A DNA stretch of 64,000 nucleotides. Origin: Nitrospirota bacterium (GTDB lineage Bacteria; Nitrospirota; UBA9217). Below the pieces are notes generated by a model. It was given only the letters and a program-made list of their open reading frames with translations, made no database searches and was not told the origin of the DNA. Shown here in pieces: positions 50,344 through 62,365 of the stretch (positions are counted from its first letter, which is position 1; each line of letters begins with the position of its first letter). The stretch is taken from contig OY760142.1 of assembly GCA_963663225.1 (NCBI GenBank), forward strand, positions 2,464,001 to 2,528,000, in the 5' to 3' direction. Both the position numbers and the translations under genes were made by a program.

Positions 50344-50461
50344 CAGAACCTCCGTATCAGCCGCAGAGGGCCCAGAGCGCGGGCAGTTAAGGAACGTACG
50401 GACAAGTATATGCTCGCCGTGAAACTTTAGAATCCCGTGGCCGTGGGTTCTCCGGCTGATG

Positions 50462-51895
50462 TTATAGTAGAGTTTGCATTGTCTTTTGTATGATCTCAAT
50501 AAGCGTTCCGGGATATATGCCGAACCAGACCAGCAGGAACGAGAGCATGGCGAGCACGATGGTTCCCGGAAGGGAACGCGCAGGCGCTGATACGGTCTTT
50601 TCTGCAGGCTGTCCATACAATGCGGCGACAATGCGGAGATAGTAGAAAAGGCCGATAACGCTGTTTATAACAAGGATAATCACGAGGAGCCAGAGTGTTG
50701 AACCGACTCCTGCCGCAACGATGTAAAATTTTCCTATGAATCCGGCCGTCAGGGGGATTCCCGCCAGCGAAAGCATCATGATAGTAAAAACGCCCCCAAG
50801 CAACGGGTTGCGCCAGGCAAGTCCCTGATAATCTTCAATGCGGTCCGCGTCCCTGTTTTTATCGGAAAGAACGGACACCACACCAAAAGCGCCAAGTGTG
50901 GTAATAAAGTAGGCGGTCAGGTAAAAGGCGGCAGCGGCAGCAGCGGTGGCGCCGCCTGCCAGGAGTGTCACCAGAAGATAGCCAAGGTGTGAAATGGATG
51001 AATACGCGAGGATGCGTTTGATATTTTTCTGAAGAAGGGCGAGCAGGTTCCCGGCGAACATGGAGGCAATTGCGATGATAGTGAAAATAAGCACCAGTGA
51101 TTGGAACGCATGAATGTCGACACGGGAAAAATACCGGAACAGGAGAGCAAACACCGCCCCTTTGGACACCGTGGCAATAAAAGCCGAGACCGGCGCCGGT
51201 GCCCCCTCGTAAACGTCAGGTGTCCAGAGATGAAAAGGCACCACCGCGAGCTTAAAACCCGCACCGGCGACAATCAGGCAGAAGCCGGACAGAAGCGTCA
51301 GACTGTGTACTCCGGGAACCGCGGCCCGCGATGCAATTCTGGCAAACTCCATGCTTCCGATTTCAGCATAGACAAGCGCCATTCCGAACAGAATAAAGGC
51401 GGAGGATACAGCGGCCAGAACCAGGTATTTTACACCGGCTTCGATGCCCTGATTGTTGCTTCTTAGATAGGCCGCAAGCACATACAGAGAAACGCTCAGC
51501 ATTTCGATGCCGAGGAAAAATGAGGCGAAATGTGTGCTTGCTGCCAGCAGTCCCGCGCCAAGCGTTGCAAGGAGCAGTATTAAATAAAATTCTTCACGAT
51601 GTTCATTATGGTTCTCCAGATAGGTGTAGGAAAGCGCTGCAACAGCGGAACTGGCAAGAAAAAACAGGACCATATACGAAAGAGCATATGCGTCTACGAC
51701 GAGCAGGGTGGTAATGCTGCGGGGCGTCACCGGCATGATGGCCGGAACCAGTGCGGCGGCTGCGAGCAGGCCCGTGATCGTCATACCTGCGGTCGTTTTA
51801 TGGTTTCGATAAAAAGCGATTACCAGCATGACTGCGACAGCGGTGCACGCCACAACAATCAGGGGGAGAAGCGTGATCAGGGCGGTTTTATTCAT
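50462..51895 (-). CDS. nuoN: NADH-quinone oxidoreductase subunit N
   Basis: EAGVKY, FKLAVVPFH.W.PDVYEGAP, KR.LAYSSI. Confidence 0.96.
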   Translation of the reverse strand: MNKTALITLLPLIVVACTAVAVMLVIAFYRNHKTTAGMTITGLLAAAALVPAIMPVTPRSITTLLVVDAYALSYMVLFFLASSAVAALSYTYLENHNEHREEFYLILLLATLGAGLLAASTHFASFFLGIEMLSVSLYVLAAYLRSNNQGIEAGVKYLVLAAVSSAFILFGMALVYAEIGSMEFARIASRAAVPGVHSLTLLSGFCLIVAGAGFKLAVVPFHLWTPDVYEGAPAPVSAFIATVSKGAVFALLFRYFSRVDIHAFQSLVLIFTIIAIASMFAGNLLALLQKNIKRILAYSSISHLGYLLVTLLAGGATAAAAAAFYLTAYFITTLGAFGVVSVLSDKNRDADRIEDYQGLAWRNPLLGGVFTIMMLSLAGIPLTAGFIGKFYIVAAGVGSTLWLLVIILVINSVIGLFYYLRIVAALYGQPAEKTVSAPARSLPGTIVLAMLSFLLVWFGIYPGTLIEIIQKTMQTLL

Positions 51896-53399
51896 GCGCA
51901 GCTCCGCGGGACAGAACATCACGGTCTTGCTGGACATGACTTTGTATGACGTGCAGGCCCGGTTCCGATATGTTCAAAACAGGTCTGGGGTAGAGGCCGA
52001 GCCAGAGGATTGCTGCGACCATGATTGTGAGTATTCCAGTTTCACGCATCGTAAGATCAGGGATTGAATTGATCTTTTGTTCACCGTGCAGGATGGACTG
52101 GACGATCCGGAGCGAGTAAATGACAGCAAGGACGAGTCCGAATGCCGCGATACCGGTGAGCAGCGGGTTCGCACGATAGGCGCCGACGAGTATCAGAAAT
52201 TCAGCCGTAAAATTGCCAAATCCCGGCAGACCGAGTGAAGCAAGCGCAAAAATAAGCATGATGCCGCTTAAGCGGGGAGCGGATTTCCAGAACCCTCCCA
52301 GAGGGGCAAGGTCACGGGTGTTAATGCGCTCCTGAATCAGGCCTGCCATGATAAAAAGCGCACTAACGCTGATGCCGTGCGCCACGATCTGGATGACGAC
52401 GCCGGACAGAGACGTCAGGTTCGCAGCAAAAATGCCCAGGAGTACAAAACCCATATGGGCAACGCTTGTGTAGGCCACGAGGCGCTTGAGGTCGGTTTGG
52501 GCAAATGCGAGCGCTGAGCCGTAGATGATGCTGATGACTGCGATGATCATCAGCCACGGGGCGATAAGCATGGCTGATTCAGGGAAAAAAGGAAGTACGA
52601 AACGGAGGAGACCATACGCTGCGGTTTTGGACAGAAGTCCGGCGAGGACCACACTGCCTGCCGTCGGCGCCTGCGTGTAGGCATCGGGGAGCCAGGGATG
52701 CAGCGGAAATGCCGGGAGCTTAACAGCAAACGCGGCAATAAATCCGAGCATAATCCAGAACGCTGCTTTCGGCGTCAGCGACGTTCCAAGGAGCAGAGAA
52801 TAGTCAAAAGTATACAGCCCGGTGTCGATTCCATGCATGAAGTAAAGGGAAAGAATAGATACAAGCATGAACAGTCCGCCAGCCTGCGTGAAGATGAAAA
52901 ATTTGAAAGCGGCTGGTACTCTGTTCTCATTGCCCCAGATGTTGATCAGAAAATACATCGGCACGAGCATGAGTTCCCAGAAAAAATAAAAAAGAAACAA
53001 GTCGAGCGCTGTAAACACGCCGATAATCCCGGAGAGTGTGCAGAGCAGGTTAACATGGAAAAAACCCGTACGGTCACGGATTTCATTCCGGGAGCAGAGG
53101 ACGGCGATGATGCCGAGAAGCAGAGTGAGCAGTATGAAAATGATGCTCAGGCCGTCAGCTGCCAGGTGCAAACTGATCCCGAATTGAGGGATCCAGGGAT
53201 AATGCAACTCCATCAACCATGCAGCCCCACGGTTCACGGAGGCCGTGACGGTCGACTGTGACCATCCATACGCCAGCAGTAGGGCGTCGACGGCAAGTGA
53301 ACCGACGGCTATCCAGCACGGGGCTCTGCGGTCCTGCTTTTCCAAAAGCCATCCGCTCAGTCCGCCGATCAGCGGTATGATGATCCAGAGGAGAATCAT
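51888..53399 (-). CDS. nuoM: NADH-quinone oxidoreductase subunit M
   Basis: FFWELML, VKLP.FPLH.WLPDA, LGLPG.GNF.AE. Confidence 0.96.
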   Translation of the reverse strand: MILLWIIIPLIGGLSGWLLEKQDRRAPCWIAVGSLAVDALLLAYGWSQSTVTASVNRGAAWLMELHYPWIPQFGISLHLAADGLSIIFILLTLLLGIIAVLCSRNEIRDRTGFFHVNLLCTLSGIIGVFTALDLFLFYFFWELMLVPMYFLINIWGNENRVPAAFKFFIFTQAGGLFMLVSILSLYFMHGIDTGLYTFDYSLLLGTSLTPKAAFWIMLGFIAAFAVKLPAFPLHPWLPDAYTQAPTAGSVVLAGLLSKTAAYGLLRFVLPFFPESAMLIAPWLMIIAVISIIYGSALAFAQTDLKRLVAYTSVAHMGFVLLGIFAANLTSLSGVVIQIVAHGISVSALFIMAGLIQERINTRDLAPLGGFWKSAPRLSGIMLIFALASLGLPGFGNFTAEFLILVGAYRANPLLTGIAAFGLVLAVIYSLRIVQSILHGEQKINSIPDLTMRETGILTIMVAAILWLGLYPRPVLNISEPGLHVIQSHVQQDRDVLSRGAAHE

Positions 53400-53432
53400 A
53401 CGTGCATGCCTTTGTTTCTGTCCCTTCCTAAT

Positions 53433-55328
53433 TTATCTCAGGACTGCTGCTATTCCCAAGAACAACACTGCGCCTGTTGCCACGGCCATTGCGTACCATC
53501 GCAGACCGCCGGTTTGCGTTCTGGCAAGAAGTCCGTGCAGCATGGCATGAAGACTGATGATTCCGGTGCAGCAGGAATCGACGAAATCGTTTTTGTTGAT
53601 CCGGGTGACCCAGAGGAACGGCTTTACCACAAGTATTTCATAAAGAGCGTCAAACCCCCAACCGACCTGCCAGAATTTCGCCAGTGCACCGAACAGTCGT
53701 GTGTTGTTGACGGTGTCTGCATACCAGGGGCGAATGAGATAGAACAGTATGGCCGTACATATTCCCGCAAGAGAAACGAGCGAGGCGCCGAACAGGAGTA
53801 TTCCTTCTCCCCGTGGAGTGGTCTCCACAGCAGCAGCCCCGCCAAAAACAGGTCGCAAAAAATCCGAAAAAAATGTCATGTTTCCCATGACGGATGGCAC
53901 TTCAAGAAAACCGATTGTGATTGACAAGACCGCGAGAATGATCAGGGGAGTTCTCATGCACAGACCGGGCAGATGAGTAACTTCCTGTTTCGTTTCTCCG
54001 TAGAAAATTATAAAAACCATGCGGAATGCATAGAGAGAAGTAATAAAAGAGCCGATGATGCCCGCTGACCAGAGCCAGGTGCTCCCGAACGGTGAAGACC
54101 ATGCCTGCCAGAGAATCAGGTCCTTGCTGTAAAAACCGGAAGTCAGCAGAGGGAATGCCGAGAGCGATGCCGCGCCGATAAGGAAAATAAGGAAGGTGGT
54201 CGGAAGCAGTTTCCGTAATCCTCCCATGTTGAATATGTCATGTTCGTGGTTTTGGGCGAGGATGAGCACGCCGGCCGCAAGAAACAGGAGCGCTTTAAAA
54301 AATGCATGAGTCATGAAGTGAAACAGAGCGGCTGACCAGGCGCCTACTCCTAGTGCCAGAAACATATAGCCTATCTGGCTGATTGTGGAGTATGCAAGAA
54401 CGCGCTTGATGTCCTTTTGGACGAGTGCACTGCACCCCGCAATCAGGAGCGTTGCCGCGCCTATGATTGCAACGGCGGACAGCACCACCGGCGCCAGTTC
54501 GAACAAAACATGGGTGCGCGCGATCAGATACACGCCGGCGGTGACCATCGTCGCGGCATGAATCAAAGCGCTGACCGGAGTCGGGCCTGCCATGGCATCG
54601 GGCAGCCATGTCTGGAGGGGCAGTTGGGCGGATTTTCCGATCGCGCCTCCGAGCAGGAGCGCGGCCGCAAGAACGGCCGTTCCCGAGCCGGGGGGTAATT
54701 GTTTGGGGGCGGACTGCATCATATCCTGAATATGCAGTGTACCGAAATGGGTGAACAACAGAAAAATGCCGACCGCCATAGCCGTATCGCCAATGCGCGT
54801 CACGATGAACGCTTTCCGGGCGGCTGCACCATTGGCCGGGTCAGTGTACCAGAAGCCGATCAAAAGATAGCTGCAGAGTCCGACGCCTTCCCATCCGAGG
54901 TAGAGGAGAAGAAAATTGTCCGCAAGAACAAGGACGAGCATGGAGCCGATAAAAAGGTTCATGTATGCGAAATACCGGCTGTAGCCCTCTTCGTCCCGCA
55001 TGAATTCTGAGGAGTACAGATGGATTAAGAAACCGACAACAGATATCACGAGCACCATGACCAGTGAAAGAGGGTCGAGTGAAAAGGATATTGCAGGGGC
55101 GTATCCGTCAAATTGCATCCAGAGCCAGAGTGTCTGGGTAAACACATTGTTTTGCTGCGGAGTCAGGAGAAAACCGAGGCCAACGAGCGCAGAGACGACA
55201 GCGGACAGGCCGACAGATCCCACGCCGATGGACGCAATGGCGGTTTTCGTAAAGTGGCGGCCCCGCAGCGCCAGGATGAAAAAACCGGCAAACGGCAGTG
55301 CTGGTATCAGGTAAAGGAGATGCAGCAT
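53433..55328 (-). CDS. nuoL: NADH-quinone oxidoreductase subunit L
   Basis: GWEGVG, GKSAQLPL.TWLPDAM.GPTPVSALIHAATMV, HAFFKA. Confidence 0.97.
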   Translation of the reverse strand: MLHLLYLIPALPFAGFFILALRGRHFTKTAIASIGVGSVGLSAVVSALVGLGFLLTPQQNNVFTQTLWLWMQFDGYAPAISFSLDPLSLVMVLVISVVGFLIHLYSSEFMRDEEGYSRYFAYMNLFIGSMLVLVLADNFLLLYLGWEGVGLCSYLLIGFWYTDPANGAAARKAFIVTRIGDTAMAVGIFLLFTHFGTLHIQDMMQSAPKQLPPGSGTAVLAAALLLGGAIGKSAQLPLQTWLPDAMAGPTPVSALIHAATMVTAGVYLIARTHVLFELAPVVLSAVAIIGAATLLIAGCSALVQKDIKRVLAYSTISQIGYMFLALGVGAWSAALFHFMTHAFFKALLFLAAGVLILAQNHEHDIFNMGGLRKLLPTTFLIFLIGAASLSAFPLLTSGFYSKDLILWQAWSSPFGSTWLWSAGIIGSFITSLYAFRMVFIIFYGETKQEVTHLPGLCMRTPLIILAVLSITIGFLEVPSVMGNMTFFSDFLRPVFGGAAAVETTPRGEGILLFGASLVSLAGICTAILFYLIRPWYADTVNNTRLFGALAKFWQVGWGFDALYEILVVKPFLWVTRINKNDFVDSCCTGIISLHAMLHGLLARTQTGGLRWYAMAVATGAVLFLGIAAVLR

Positions 55329-55347
55329 ATCGCCTCAGAAATATCCG

Positions 55348-55659
55348 TTATCCTTTCATCGTGCTTGCCGCGTCCACATCCAGAGTTTTGAAGCGCCGAT
55401 AGAGCTGGAGTACCAGCGCCAGGCCTACCGACACTTCAGCGGCAGCCAGCGTCAGAATGAAGATGAACATAACCTGGCCATCGGCCTGCCCCCACCGTGC
55501 TCCTGCAACAACGAATGCGAGTCCCGCAGCGTTCAGCATGATTTCAACGCTCATAAGCATGAAGATGATGTTGCGTCGTATCAGCACGCCTGTCAGGCCG
55601 AGTGCGAACAAAATTGCGGCAAGAACAAGGCCGTGCTCCATTGGGATATGAGCGATCAT
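55348..55659 (-). CDS. nuoK: NADH-quinone oxidoreductase subunit K
   Basis: RRN, E.MLNA, AAAE..VGLA. Start at ATG 55659. Confidence 0.95.
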   Translation of the reverse strand: MIAHIPMEHGLVLAAILFALGLTGVLIRRNIIFMLMSVEIMLNAAGLAFVVAGARWGQADGQVMFIFILTLAAAEVSVGLALVLQLYRRFKTLDVDAASTMKG

Positions 55660-55757
55660 ATGCTTTTTTTGCTCCACATGTTGGGAATACCGCTGCACCC
55701 GGCTGCGCTTTGACGACGGTTCGGGCTGTTTAAGTCGTATGGTTACGACTGTTGCAT

Positions 55758-56249
55758 TTAGTGTTTGTCCGGTCTGCCCAGGTGATACGCGCCGACCAGT
55801 CCTGCCAATAACAGCAGTGATGCCAGTTCCACGCCGATGACATACGGGCCGAGCAGTGCTATTCCGATTTGTTTCGGCGTTATGAGTGTTGTAGCCAGAC
55901 GCTCCTTGCTTCCCATCAGGACGTAGAAAATTTCCATGAGAAGAAGAGCGGATAGAATTGAGGGCCCCGTCCATATCCGGACGGTCAGCCATTGAGATTC
56001 CTGGTGTGCGGATTCTCTGCCAAGATTCTGCATCATGATGACGAATACAAACAGCACCATGATGGCGCCCGCATAGATGAGTATTTCCAGCATGGCGACG
56101 AACGGGGCGCCTAGAGAGAAAAACACCAGTGCAACGGCCAGCAGCGATACGATCAGATACAGGAGGGCATGCACGGCGTTTTTCTTGCCGATGACCAGGA
56201 CCGTGGCAATGACCGCAACAGCGGCTGATATGTAAAAAAGATAATTCAT
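55758..56249 (-). CDS. nuoJ: NADH-quinone oxidoreductase subunit J
   Basis: [26 protein letters not shown]. Confidence 0.95.
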   Translation of the reverse strand: MNYLFYISAAVAVIATVLVIGKKNAVHALLYLIVSLLAVALVFFSLGAPFVAMLEILIYAGAIMVLFVFVIMMQNLGRESAHQESQWLTVRIWTGPSILSALLLMEIFYVLMGSKERLATTLITPKQIGIALLGPYVIGVELASLLLLAGLVGAYHLGRPDKH

Positions 56250-56269
56250 GCTGGTTCCTTCAGAACATT

Positions 56270-56785
56270 CTAGGGCAGCAGGTCCCTCACGTTTACGGGT
56301 TTGTCCTCGTTCTCCGCTTCGCCTTTATCCTTTCCTTTGACTGCCAATCCGGAAATCCGGTAAAAATTATAACCATGGTATTTGCCCGGACCGTTGATCA
56401 GCAGATGCTCCTTTTCATACACCAGGTTTTGGCGCTTATATTCACCCATTTCGAAGTCAGTGGTGAGCTGAATGGCATAGGTCGGGCACGCTTCTTCACA
56501 GTATCCACAGAAGATGCAGCGTGAAAAATTGATCCGGAAAAATTCAGGGTACCGTCTTCCGTGTTCATCTTCGGTCGCCTGCAGCGCTATGCAGCCGACC
56601 GGGCATGCCACGGCGCAGAGCGAACAGGCAACGCAGCGTTCCTCACCGTCCGGATCGCGTGAAAGGACAATGCGTCCGCGCCAGCGGGGAGGAAGGTACG
56701 GTTTTTCCTCCGGATATTGGATCGTCGCCCGCTTCCGGAACATGGTCTTGAAGACAGTCCAGATCGTTTTGAGTATGCTGAACAT
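56270..56785 (-). CDS. nuoI: NADH-quinone oxidoreductase subunit I
   Basis: [30 protein letters not shown]. Confidence 0.97.
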   Translation of the reverse strand: MFSILKTIWTVFKTMFRKRATIQYPEEKPYLPPRWRGRIVLSRDPDGEERCVACSLCAVACPVGCIALQATEDEHGRRYPEFFRINFSRCIFCGYCEEACPTYAIQLTTDFEMGEYKRQNLVYEKEHLLINGPGKYHGYNFYRISGLAVKGKDKGEAENEDKPVNVRDLLP

Positions 56786-56825
56786 GGTTGTTCCTTTTCG
56801 CTCTTCCCGGCCGTGGTTTGCACGG

Positions 56826-57779
56826 CTATTTTTTCAGTAAAATAAAAGCTCCTGTCGCCAGCAGATTAACCAAGGATACCGGCAGCATCACTTTCCAGCC
56901 GAATGACATAAGTTGGTCATATCGGGGACGGGGAAGCGACGCACGCAGCAAAATAAACAGACAGATAAACGCGAATGTTTTGATCGCAAACCATATGATG
57001 GGAGGAAGCAGGGGCCCCATCCATCCGCCGAAAAACAGGGTTACGGTGAGGGCCGAAATGAGCGTGATGCCGAGATATTCTCCCACAAAAAACATGCCGA
57101 ATTTCATGCCCGAGTATTCAGAATGGAATCCCGCCACCAGTTCGCTTTCCGCTTCCGGCAGATCAAACGGCAGCCGGTGGGTTTCCGCGATTCCCGCTAT
57201 GAAGAACACGATGAAACCGAGAAACTGGGGAACGATAAACCACAGATGCCGCTGAGCTTCAACAATCTCCCGCAAATTAAACGAACCTGCCTGCATCACG
57301 ACGCCCATGAGCGAGAGCCCCATGAATACTTCATAACTCAGCATCTGCGCCGAGGCCCGCAGACCTCCCAGAAGAGAATATTTGCTGTCGGAGGCCCAGC
57401 CGGCGAGCGCGACGCTGTATACGCCAAGCGATGACATTGCCAGAACAAACAACAGGCCTATATTCAGATTTACGACTTCCATCACGGGCGTGAAGGGAAT
57501 GACCGCAAAGGACATGAGCACAACGACCACAATAACGGCCGGTGCAATAATGAAGACGGGTTTGTCGGCGAAAGGCGGTATCCAGTCTTCTTTGGTAAAC
57601 ACCTTGATCATGTCTGCAAGGACCTGCAGAAGGCCGAGCGGGCCCACGCGGTTCGGTCCGTACCGATCCTGCCACAGCGCGAGAAGTCTGCGCTCCAGCC
57701 AGATTAGTCCTCCTCCTATTGTGAGAACTGCGAAGAGTATGGTGAAAAGGATGAGGAGATGTCGAACAGTATTGGTCAT
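56826..57779 (-). CDS. nuoH: NADH-quinone oxidoreductase subunit H
   Basis: ERR....[25 protein letters not shown]. Confidence 0.97.
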   Translation of the reverse strand: MTNTVRHLLILFTILFAVLTIGGGLIWLERRLLALWQDRYGPNRVGPLGLLQVLADMIKVFTKEDWIPPFADKPVFIIAPAVIVVVVLMSFAVIPFTPVMEVVNLNIGLLFVLAMSSLGVYSVALAGWASDSKYSLLGGLRASAQMLSYEVFMGLSLMGVVMQAGSFNLREIVEAQRHLWFIVPQFLGFIVFFIAGIAETHRLPFDLPEAESELVAGFHSEYSGMKFGMFFVGEYLGITLISALTVTLFFGGWMGPLLPPIIWFAIKTFAFICLFILLRASLPRPRYDQLMSFGWKVMLPVSLVNLLATGAFILLKK

Positions 57780-60487
57780 GGCTTTAATTTTTCTATGACG
57801 GCATATAAAGCGGCAGTCGTTTGAGCGGTTGCGTACAGCCTCGCGGGCACCCCGGCAGTTCCTGCCGGTACTGTGTCCGACAACGCAACGGTCAGTTGCA
57901 TCGGCGATCCTCCCATGATCAGTTCGACTGTTTCATCTTTTACAACGCCGATCCGTAAAGCATCGGCAGGGTTTAACAAACAGCACGGTGCAGCAGCACG
58001 CATCGCTATGTCCGGGGAGAGCATACTTAACTCTTCCGAACCGTAAATGTGTTGCAAAGGGAATACCAGCCATGCGTCTTGTTTCGATTTAAACGCATCC
58101 GGGACATTTTTGAAGTACGGTGCCGATTTACCGGCAGGTTCTATCAAACGCATGCCCGGATCGCCGCCGCAAAGCATACCACCGACTTCCTGCTGAAACT
58201 TGTTCAACGCCTGGACCGAATTCCAACCTGGAGACCAGTATCGGGAGATCAGCGAAGCCGGCGGCCTGCCGTCATATCCCTCCATGGAAAAGGAGAGCGG
58301 CGTATCAGGGTCTTCCGGAGGTTTTGGTTCATGCACATCTCTGTCCGCCATAATCGCGGTGCGCCCGCTGTAGCGATGAGGTTGGCGCGGTATTTTTGCC
58401 CCTGCTATCCGAAAATCAGCGGGAGGTGCAATGGCTCGCACCGGCGTTAATATCGGCACCACATCGGTCATATCGCGGACAATATTATCCAGCGTGGTCC
58501 AGGAAAGGCTTCCTAAACGCTCAGATGCCGTCAGTATATCACGAATCCACTTCCAGCTGTCCTGAATATTTTCGCTGGGTTTGAAAACCTGATAAAAGCG
58601 CTGTGCGCGGCCTTCATTATTTACAAATGTGCCGTCTGATTCCGCGCAGGTGGCTCCCGGCAACAGGACTTCAGCCTTGGATGTAGTCTGATTCAGAAAT
58701 CCATCGATAACAATGACGTGTTCGGTTCCGTCAAGAAAATCGGAAACAGCTTTTTTACCCGTTCTTTGATACAGGTCGTTTTCAAGAATGAAAACAGCGT
58801 CAATTTTATTGAAACGAGTGGCGCTTAATGCTTCTTCCAGACTTCTGTCGGCCAGCAAACATGCTCCCGTGCTGTTGCATTCGGGAAGCGTATAAAAAAG
58901 GTCAGCAGGTCTTCCTGTTTTACACAAAGCCCCCGCGATGTTTGCGGCCGCCTGTATTATTTCTTCATTATCGAGGCTTGTACCCGAAATAATGAGCGGT
59001 TTCCGGGCCTGTTTAAGCGTTTCCGCTATTTCTTTTGCAAGAGCGAGTACATCGCCCTGCAGTCCGGATACGGAAGGGCTGCCGGCATCCAGTTCATGCG
59101 CAACGGCAAATCCAAGGCGCGCAATATCATCCGGAGCGGCATGGAGTGTTTTTGCTGCAAGATCATCAAGCTTGGTGACGGTTGCCGTTGCGAGATAGAG
59201 CGGTCCCGTTTCGTCCTGCATGACGGTGCGGAGAGCGCCGTCATCCCAAGAGGGGATGTGCAGAGTGTTAAGGGATGCTTTTGGTTTGTTTCGTGCGGCC
59301 TGTCGTATCGCCAGATCAAGCAGGGGGGCTGAATTCGTAACGTCTTCTCCGAGGACAAGCACAGCGTCCGCTGTTTCTATTTCGTGCAGAGACGGCGACC
59401 GCGCCGATCCTTTCTGGAGGATATCAATAATCAAGGATACCAGGCGATGCTCCCGTTTTGCCATTCCCGAATAAAAATTATTTTTCCCGACAAGCGACAA
59501 GAGCGCGAAGTTTGATTCGAGTGATGCGCGGGGCGACCCTATGCCGATGATGTTTTTGCTCCTGGACAGGACATCACCAATATGGTCGAGCGCGGTTTTT
59601 TTGTCGACGGGTTGCGCCCCTTGTCCACCGGCGGCATACAATGGAGTGCGGACGCGATGAACGCTGTTTACGAATTCATACCCGAACCGCCCCCGGTCGC
59701 AGAGAAAGTATCCGTTAACCGCATGATTATACCGATTCAGAATTCTGCGGAGAGTCCCGTACCGCTCCCCGGGCATTGTGTTGCAGCCGAGGCCGCAGTG
59801 GACGCAAACAGAGGGGGCGGTCTGCAAATCCCATTTGCGCGCGTAGTGGCGTTTAAGGGTCTTGTCGGTAAACACCCCGGTGGGACAGATTTCAACCAGA
59901 TTACCGCTGAATTCACTTTCGAGTGCGCCGTCTTCATGCCGTCCGAAATAGACGGAGTCATGCGATGAAAGAGCGGTGAGGTCCCGGCCGCCGGCATGGT
60001 CGCGGTAGAATCGGACGCACCGGTAGCAGGCTATGCAACGGTTCATTTCATGGTTCACAAATGGGCCAAGGTCCTGGTTTCGGTGCGTTCGCTTCCTGAA
60101 CCGTGTTCTCCGATAGGTATGGCCGGTCATGACCGTCATGTCCTGAAGATGGCATTCGCCACCTTCATCACACACGGGACAGTCGTGCGGATGGTTGAGC
60201 ATGAACCATTCTATGACGGAGCTTCGGAATTTTTTTGCTTCAGGGTCATCAATGGAAATACGCATGCCCCCGGTGACCGGCGTCATGCAGGACATGACAA
60301 TTTTGCCGCGGGTGTCTTTTTCATCTTTGAAGAGTTTCACCGCACATTGACGACAGGCGCCCACGGAGTGCAAGGCAGGATGCCAGCAGAAGTAGGGAAG
60401 GTTGAATCCGAGCGTGAGACAGGCGTTCAGAAGGTTCTGGTCTTCCCTGACCTGGTAAGGTTTGTTATGGATAAAAATAGTGATCAT
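57776..60487 (-). CDS. nuoG: NADH-quinone oxidoreductase subunit G (long, E. coli type with N7 motif)
   Basis: FCWHP...[29 protein letters not shown]...C N7 cluster. 903 aa. Confidence 0.96.
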   Translation of the reverse strand: MITIFIHNKPYQVREDQNLLNACLTLGFNLPYFCWHPALHSVGACRQCAVKLFKDEKDTRGKIVMSCMTPVTGGMRISIDDPEAKKFRSSVIEWFMLNHPHDCPVCDEGGECHLQDMTVMTGHTYRRTRFRKRTHRNQDLGPFVNHEMNRCIACYRCVRFYRDHAGGRDLTALSSHDSVYFGRHEDGALESEFSGNLVEICPTGVFTDKTLKRHYARKWDLQTAPSVCVHCGLGCNTMPGERYGTLRRILNRYNHAVNGYFLCDRGRFGYEFVNSVHRVRTPLYAAGGQGAQPVDKKTALDHIGDVLSRSKNIIGIGSPRASLESNFALLSLVGKNNFYSGMAKREHRLVSLIIDILQKGSARSPSLHEIETADAVLVLGEDVTNSAPLLDLAIRQAARNKPKASLNTLHIPSWDDGALRTVMQDETGPLYLATATVTKLDDLAAKTLHAAPDDIARLGFAVAHELDAGSPSVSGLQGDVLALAKEIAETLKQARKPLIISGTSLDNEEIIQAAANIAGALCKTGRPADLFYTLPECNSTGACLLADRSLEEALSATRFNKIDAVFILENDLYQRTGKKAVSDFLDGTEHVIVIDGFLNQTTSKAEVLLPGATCAESDGTFVNNEGRAQRFYQVFKPSENIQDSWKWIRDILTASERLGSLSWTTLDNIVRDMTDVVPILTPVRAIAPPADFRIAGAKIPRQPHRYSGRTAIMADRDVHEPKPPEDPDTPLSFSMEGYDGRPPASLISRYWSPGWNSVQALNKFQQEVGGMLCGGDPGMRLIEPAGKSAPYFKNVPDAFKSKQDAWLVFPLQHIYGSEELSMLSPDIAMRAAAPCCLLNPADALRIGVVKDETVELIMGGSPMQLTVALSDTVPAGTAGVPARLYATAQTTAALYAVIEKLKP

Positions 60488-60504
60488 GTTGGTTCAATAA
60501 TGCA

Positions 60505-61776
60505 TTATTTCCAGGGACATCCTCGTTCGTGTATATGCCGCTCGAAGTCTTCCCGAAAGTATTGCAATGCGCTTTGCAGCGGTTCAACCGCGCCGGGCGC
60601 CAGTGCACAGAAGGTATTTCCCGGCCCAAGCAAGGTGCAGTGCTCAGCAAGCATTTCCATATCAGCAGCCCTGCCCGTGCCTTCTTCGAAAGATTCCAGT
60701 ATTTTTTTGAACAGCGGCAGCCCTTCGCGGCACGGCGTGCACCAGCCGCATGATTCTCGGGCAAAAAAGCTGATCAGGTTGTGCGTGAATCCGACTGGAC
60801 AGGTTTTGTCATCAAGGATGACCATGGTTCCTGTGCCGAGCCGGCTTCCTGCTTTCATGACGGAGTCGAAGTTCATCATTATGTCGAGATGTTCGCTGGT
60901 AAGAAAATTGGTTGAAGCGCCGCCGGGAAGCAGCCCCCGGAGGGCATGGCCGTCCTGCATGCCGCCTGCATGATCTTCCAGAATTTCGCGGATCGTTGTG
61001 CCCATGGGCAGCTCCCACAGGCCGGGCCTTTTTACTCTGCCGCTTGCTCCGAACAATTTTGTCCCGCTGTCAGGACTTTTGCTCAGTGACTTGAACCAGT
61101 CGACTCCGTTTTTGAGAATGTGCGGTATGCAGGAAACGGTTTCCACGTTATTCACGATTGTCGGTTTGCCGAAAAGGCCGGCGACCTGCGGAAAGGGCGG
61201 TTTTGCGCGGGGTGTGGCGCGTCTTCCTTCCAACGCATTTAAAAGTCCGGTTTCTTCACCGCAAATATATCGTCCTGCGCTGGCGTGAATGCGCATATCA
61301 AGGCTGTAGCCGGAACCGAAGATGCTCTCGCCGAGATACTTACGGGCATATGCTTCGGCGACGGATTTTTGCAGCAGCCGAATTGCACGCTTGTATTCCC
61401 ACCGAACAAAAATGATTACTTGAGAGGCTTCAATGGCATAGGCGCTCGCAATGGCACCCTCAATAACCTGATGGGGATTGCCTTCGAGCAGGAACCGGTC
61501 TTTAAACGTGCCTGGCTCCATTTCGTCTGCATTCACGACAAGGTATTTGGGACGCCGTGCCTCCGGTCCCATCGGAACAAAACTCCATTTCTGTCCGGTG
61601 GGAAAGCCTGCCCCGCCCCGTCCTCGCAGGTTTGACGCTTTCACAACGGCCTGGACTTCCTGTGGAGTCATCGTGAGCGCTTTTCGAGCAGCCTGGTATC
61701 CGCCTGTTGATTCGTATTCCCGAAGCGAGAGCGGTACAGCGTCAGGCCGAATATGTTCTGTGAGCGGTCGTTCCAT
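60505..61776 (-). CDS. nuoF: NADH-quinone oxidoreductase subunit F
   Basis: GRGGAGFPTG, NADEMEPG, YICGEET, SCGWCTPCREG. Confidence 0.97.
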   Translation of the reverse strand: MERPLTEHIRPDAVPLSLREYESTGGYQAARKALTMTPQEVQAVVKASNLRGRGGAGFPTGQKWSFVPMGPEARRPKYLVVNADEMEPGTFKDRFLLEGNPHQVIEGAIASAYAIEASQVIIFVRWEYKRAIRLLQKSVAEAYARKYLGESIFGSGYSLDMRIHASAGRYICGEETGLLNALEGRRATPRAKPPFPQVAGLFGKPTIVNNVETVSCIPHILKNGVDWFKSLSKSPDSGTKLFGASGRVKRPGLWELPMGTTIREILEDHAGGMQDGHALRGLLPGGASTNFLTSEHLDIMMNFDSVMKAGSRLGTGTMVILDDKTCPVGFTHNLISFFARESCGWCTPCREGLPLFKKILESFEEGTGRAADMEMLAEHCTLLGPGNTFCALAPGAVEPLQSALQYFREDFERHIHERGCPWK

Positions 61777-61846
61777 AATGGTATGCAGCGCAAAAAACGG
61801 CGTAGAATCGTGACGGATTTTAGTGAGCGCAGTTCAAATCCGCCCG

Positions 61847-62311
61847 TTATTCATAGGTCGACAATATTGCTTCAATCATTGCCGGCGTTACCGGGCCGTA
61901 CAAATCGTCATCAATCATCATTGCCGGTGCGCGGTCGCACGCTCCCAAACAGGCGACCGGAAGGAGCGTGAACTGTTTGTTTGGCGTCGTTTCCCCAAGG
62001 CCGATGCCGATCTTTTCTTTTATTGAGTCCAGAAGAGGATTATATCCCATGATCCAGCAACTGACGCTGTCGCAGATGAGGATTACGTGTTTGCCCACGG
62101 GTTTTCTGAAAATGAAATTGTAAAATGTAGCCACTGAATCGAGTTCATGTGTCGTCATGTCAAGCATCACGGCAACATCTTTAATCGATTCATCAGACAC
62201 CCATCCCCGATGACGCTGTACAATGCTCAGCGCTTCAAGGGAAGCCGATGCCTTTGTCGGCAGGTGTTGCAACTCCGTTATAATTTCCTGTTTTTCCTGT
62301 TTACTCAACAT
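61847..62311 (-). CDS. nuoE: NADH-quinone oxidoreductase subunit E
   Basis: VATFY, CDSVSC, CLGACD.AP. Confidence 0.95.
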   Translation of the reverse strand: MLSKQEKQEIITELQHLPTKASASLEALSIVQRHRGWVSDESIKDVAVMLDMTTHELDSVATFYNFIFRKPVGKHVILICDSVSCWIMGYNPLLDSIKEKIGIGLGETTPNKQFTLLPVACLGACDRAPAMMIDDDLYGPVTPAMIEAILSTYE

Positions 62312-62365
62312 GGTTATCTCTGTCTTGCTGGAAAGACGGTGACTCGGAGACGTATCGTTCAAATG

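Noticed and set aside
47146-55992. Long N-terminal extensions in the ORF track (diheme cytochrome from 47146, tkt from 50631, nuoK from 55992) suggesting fusions or frameshifts
   Set aside because: They overlap upstream genes in other frames. Family homology starts at downstream ATGs that give normal lengths.
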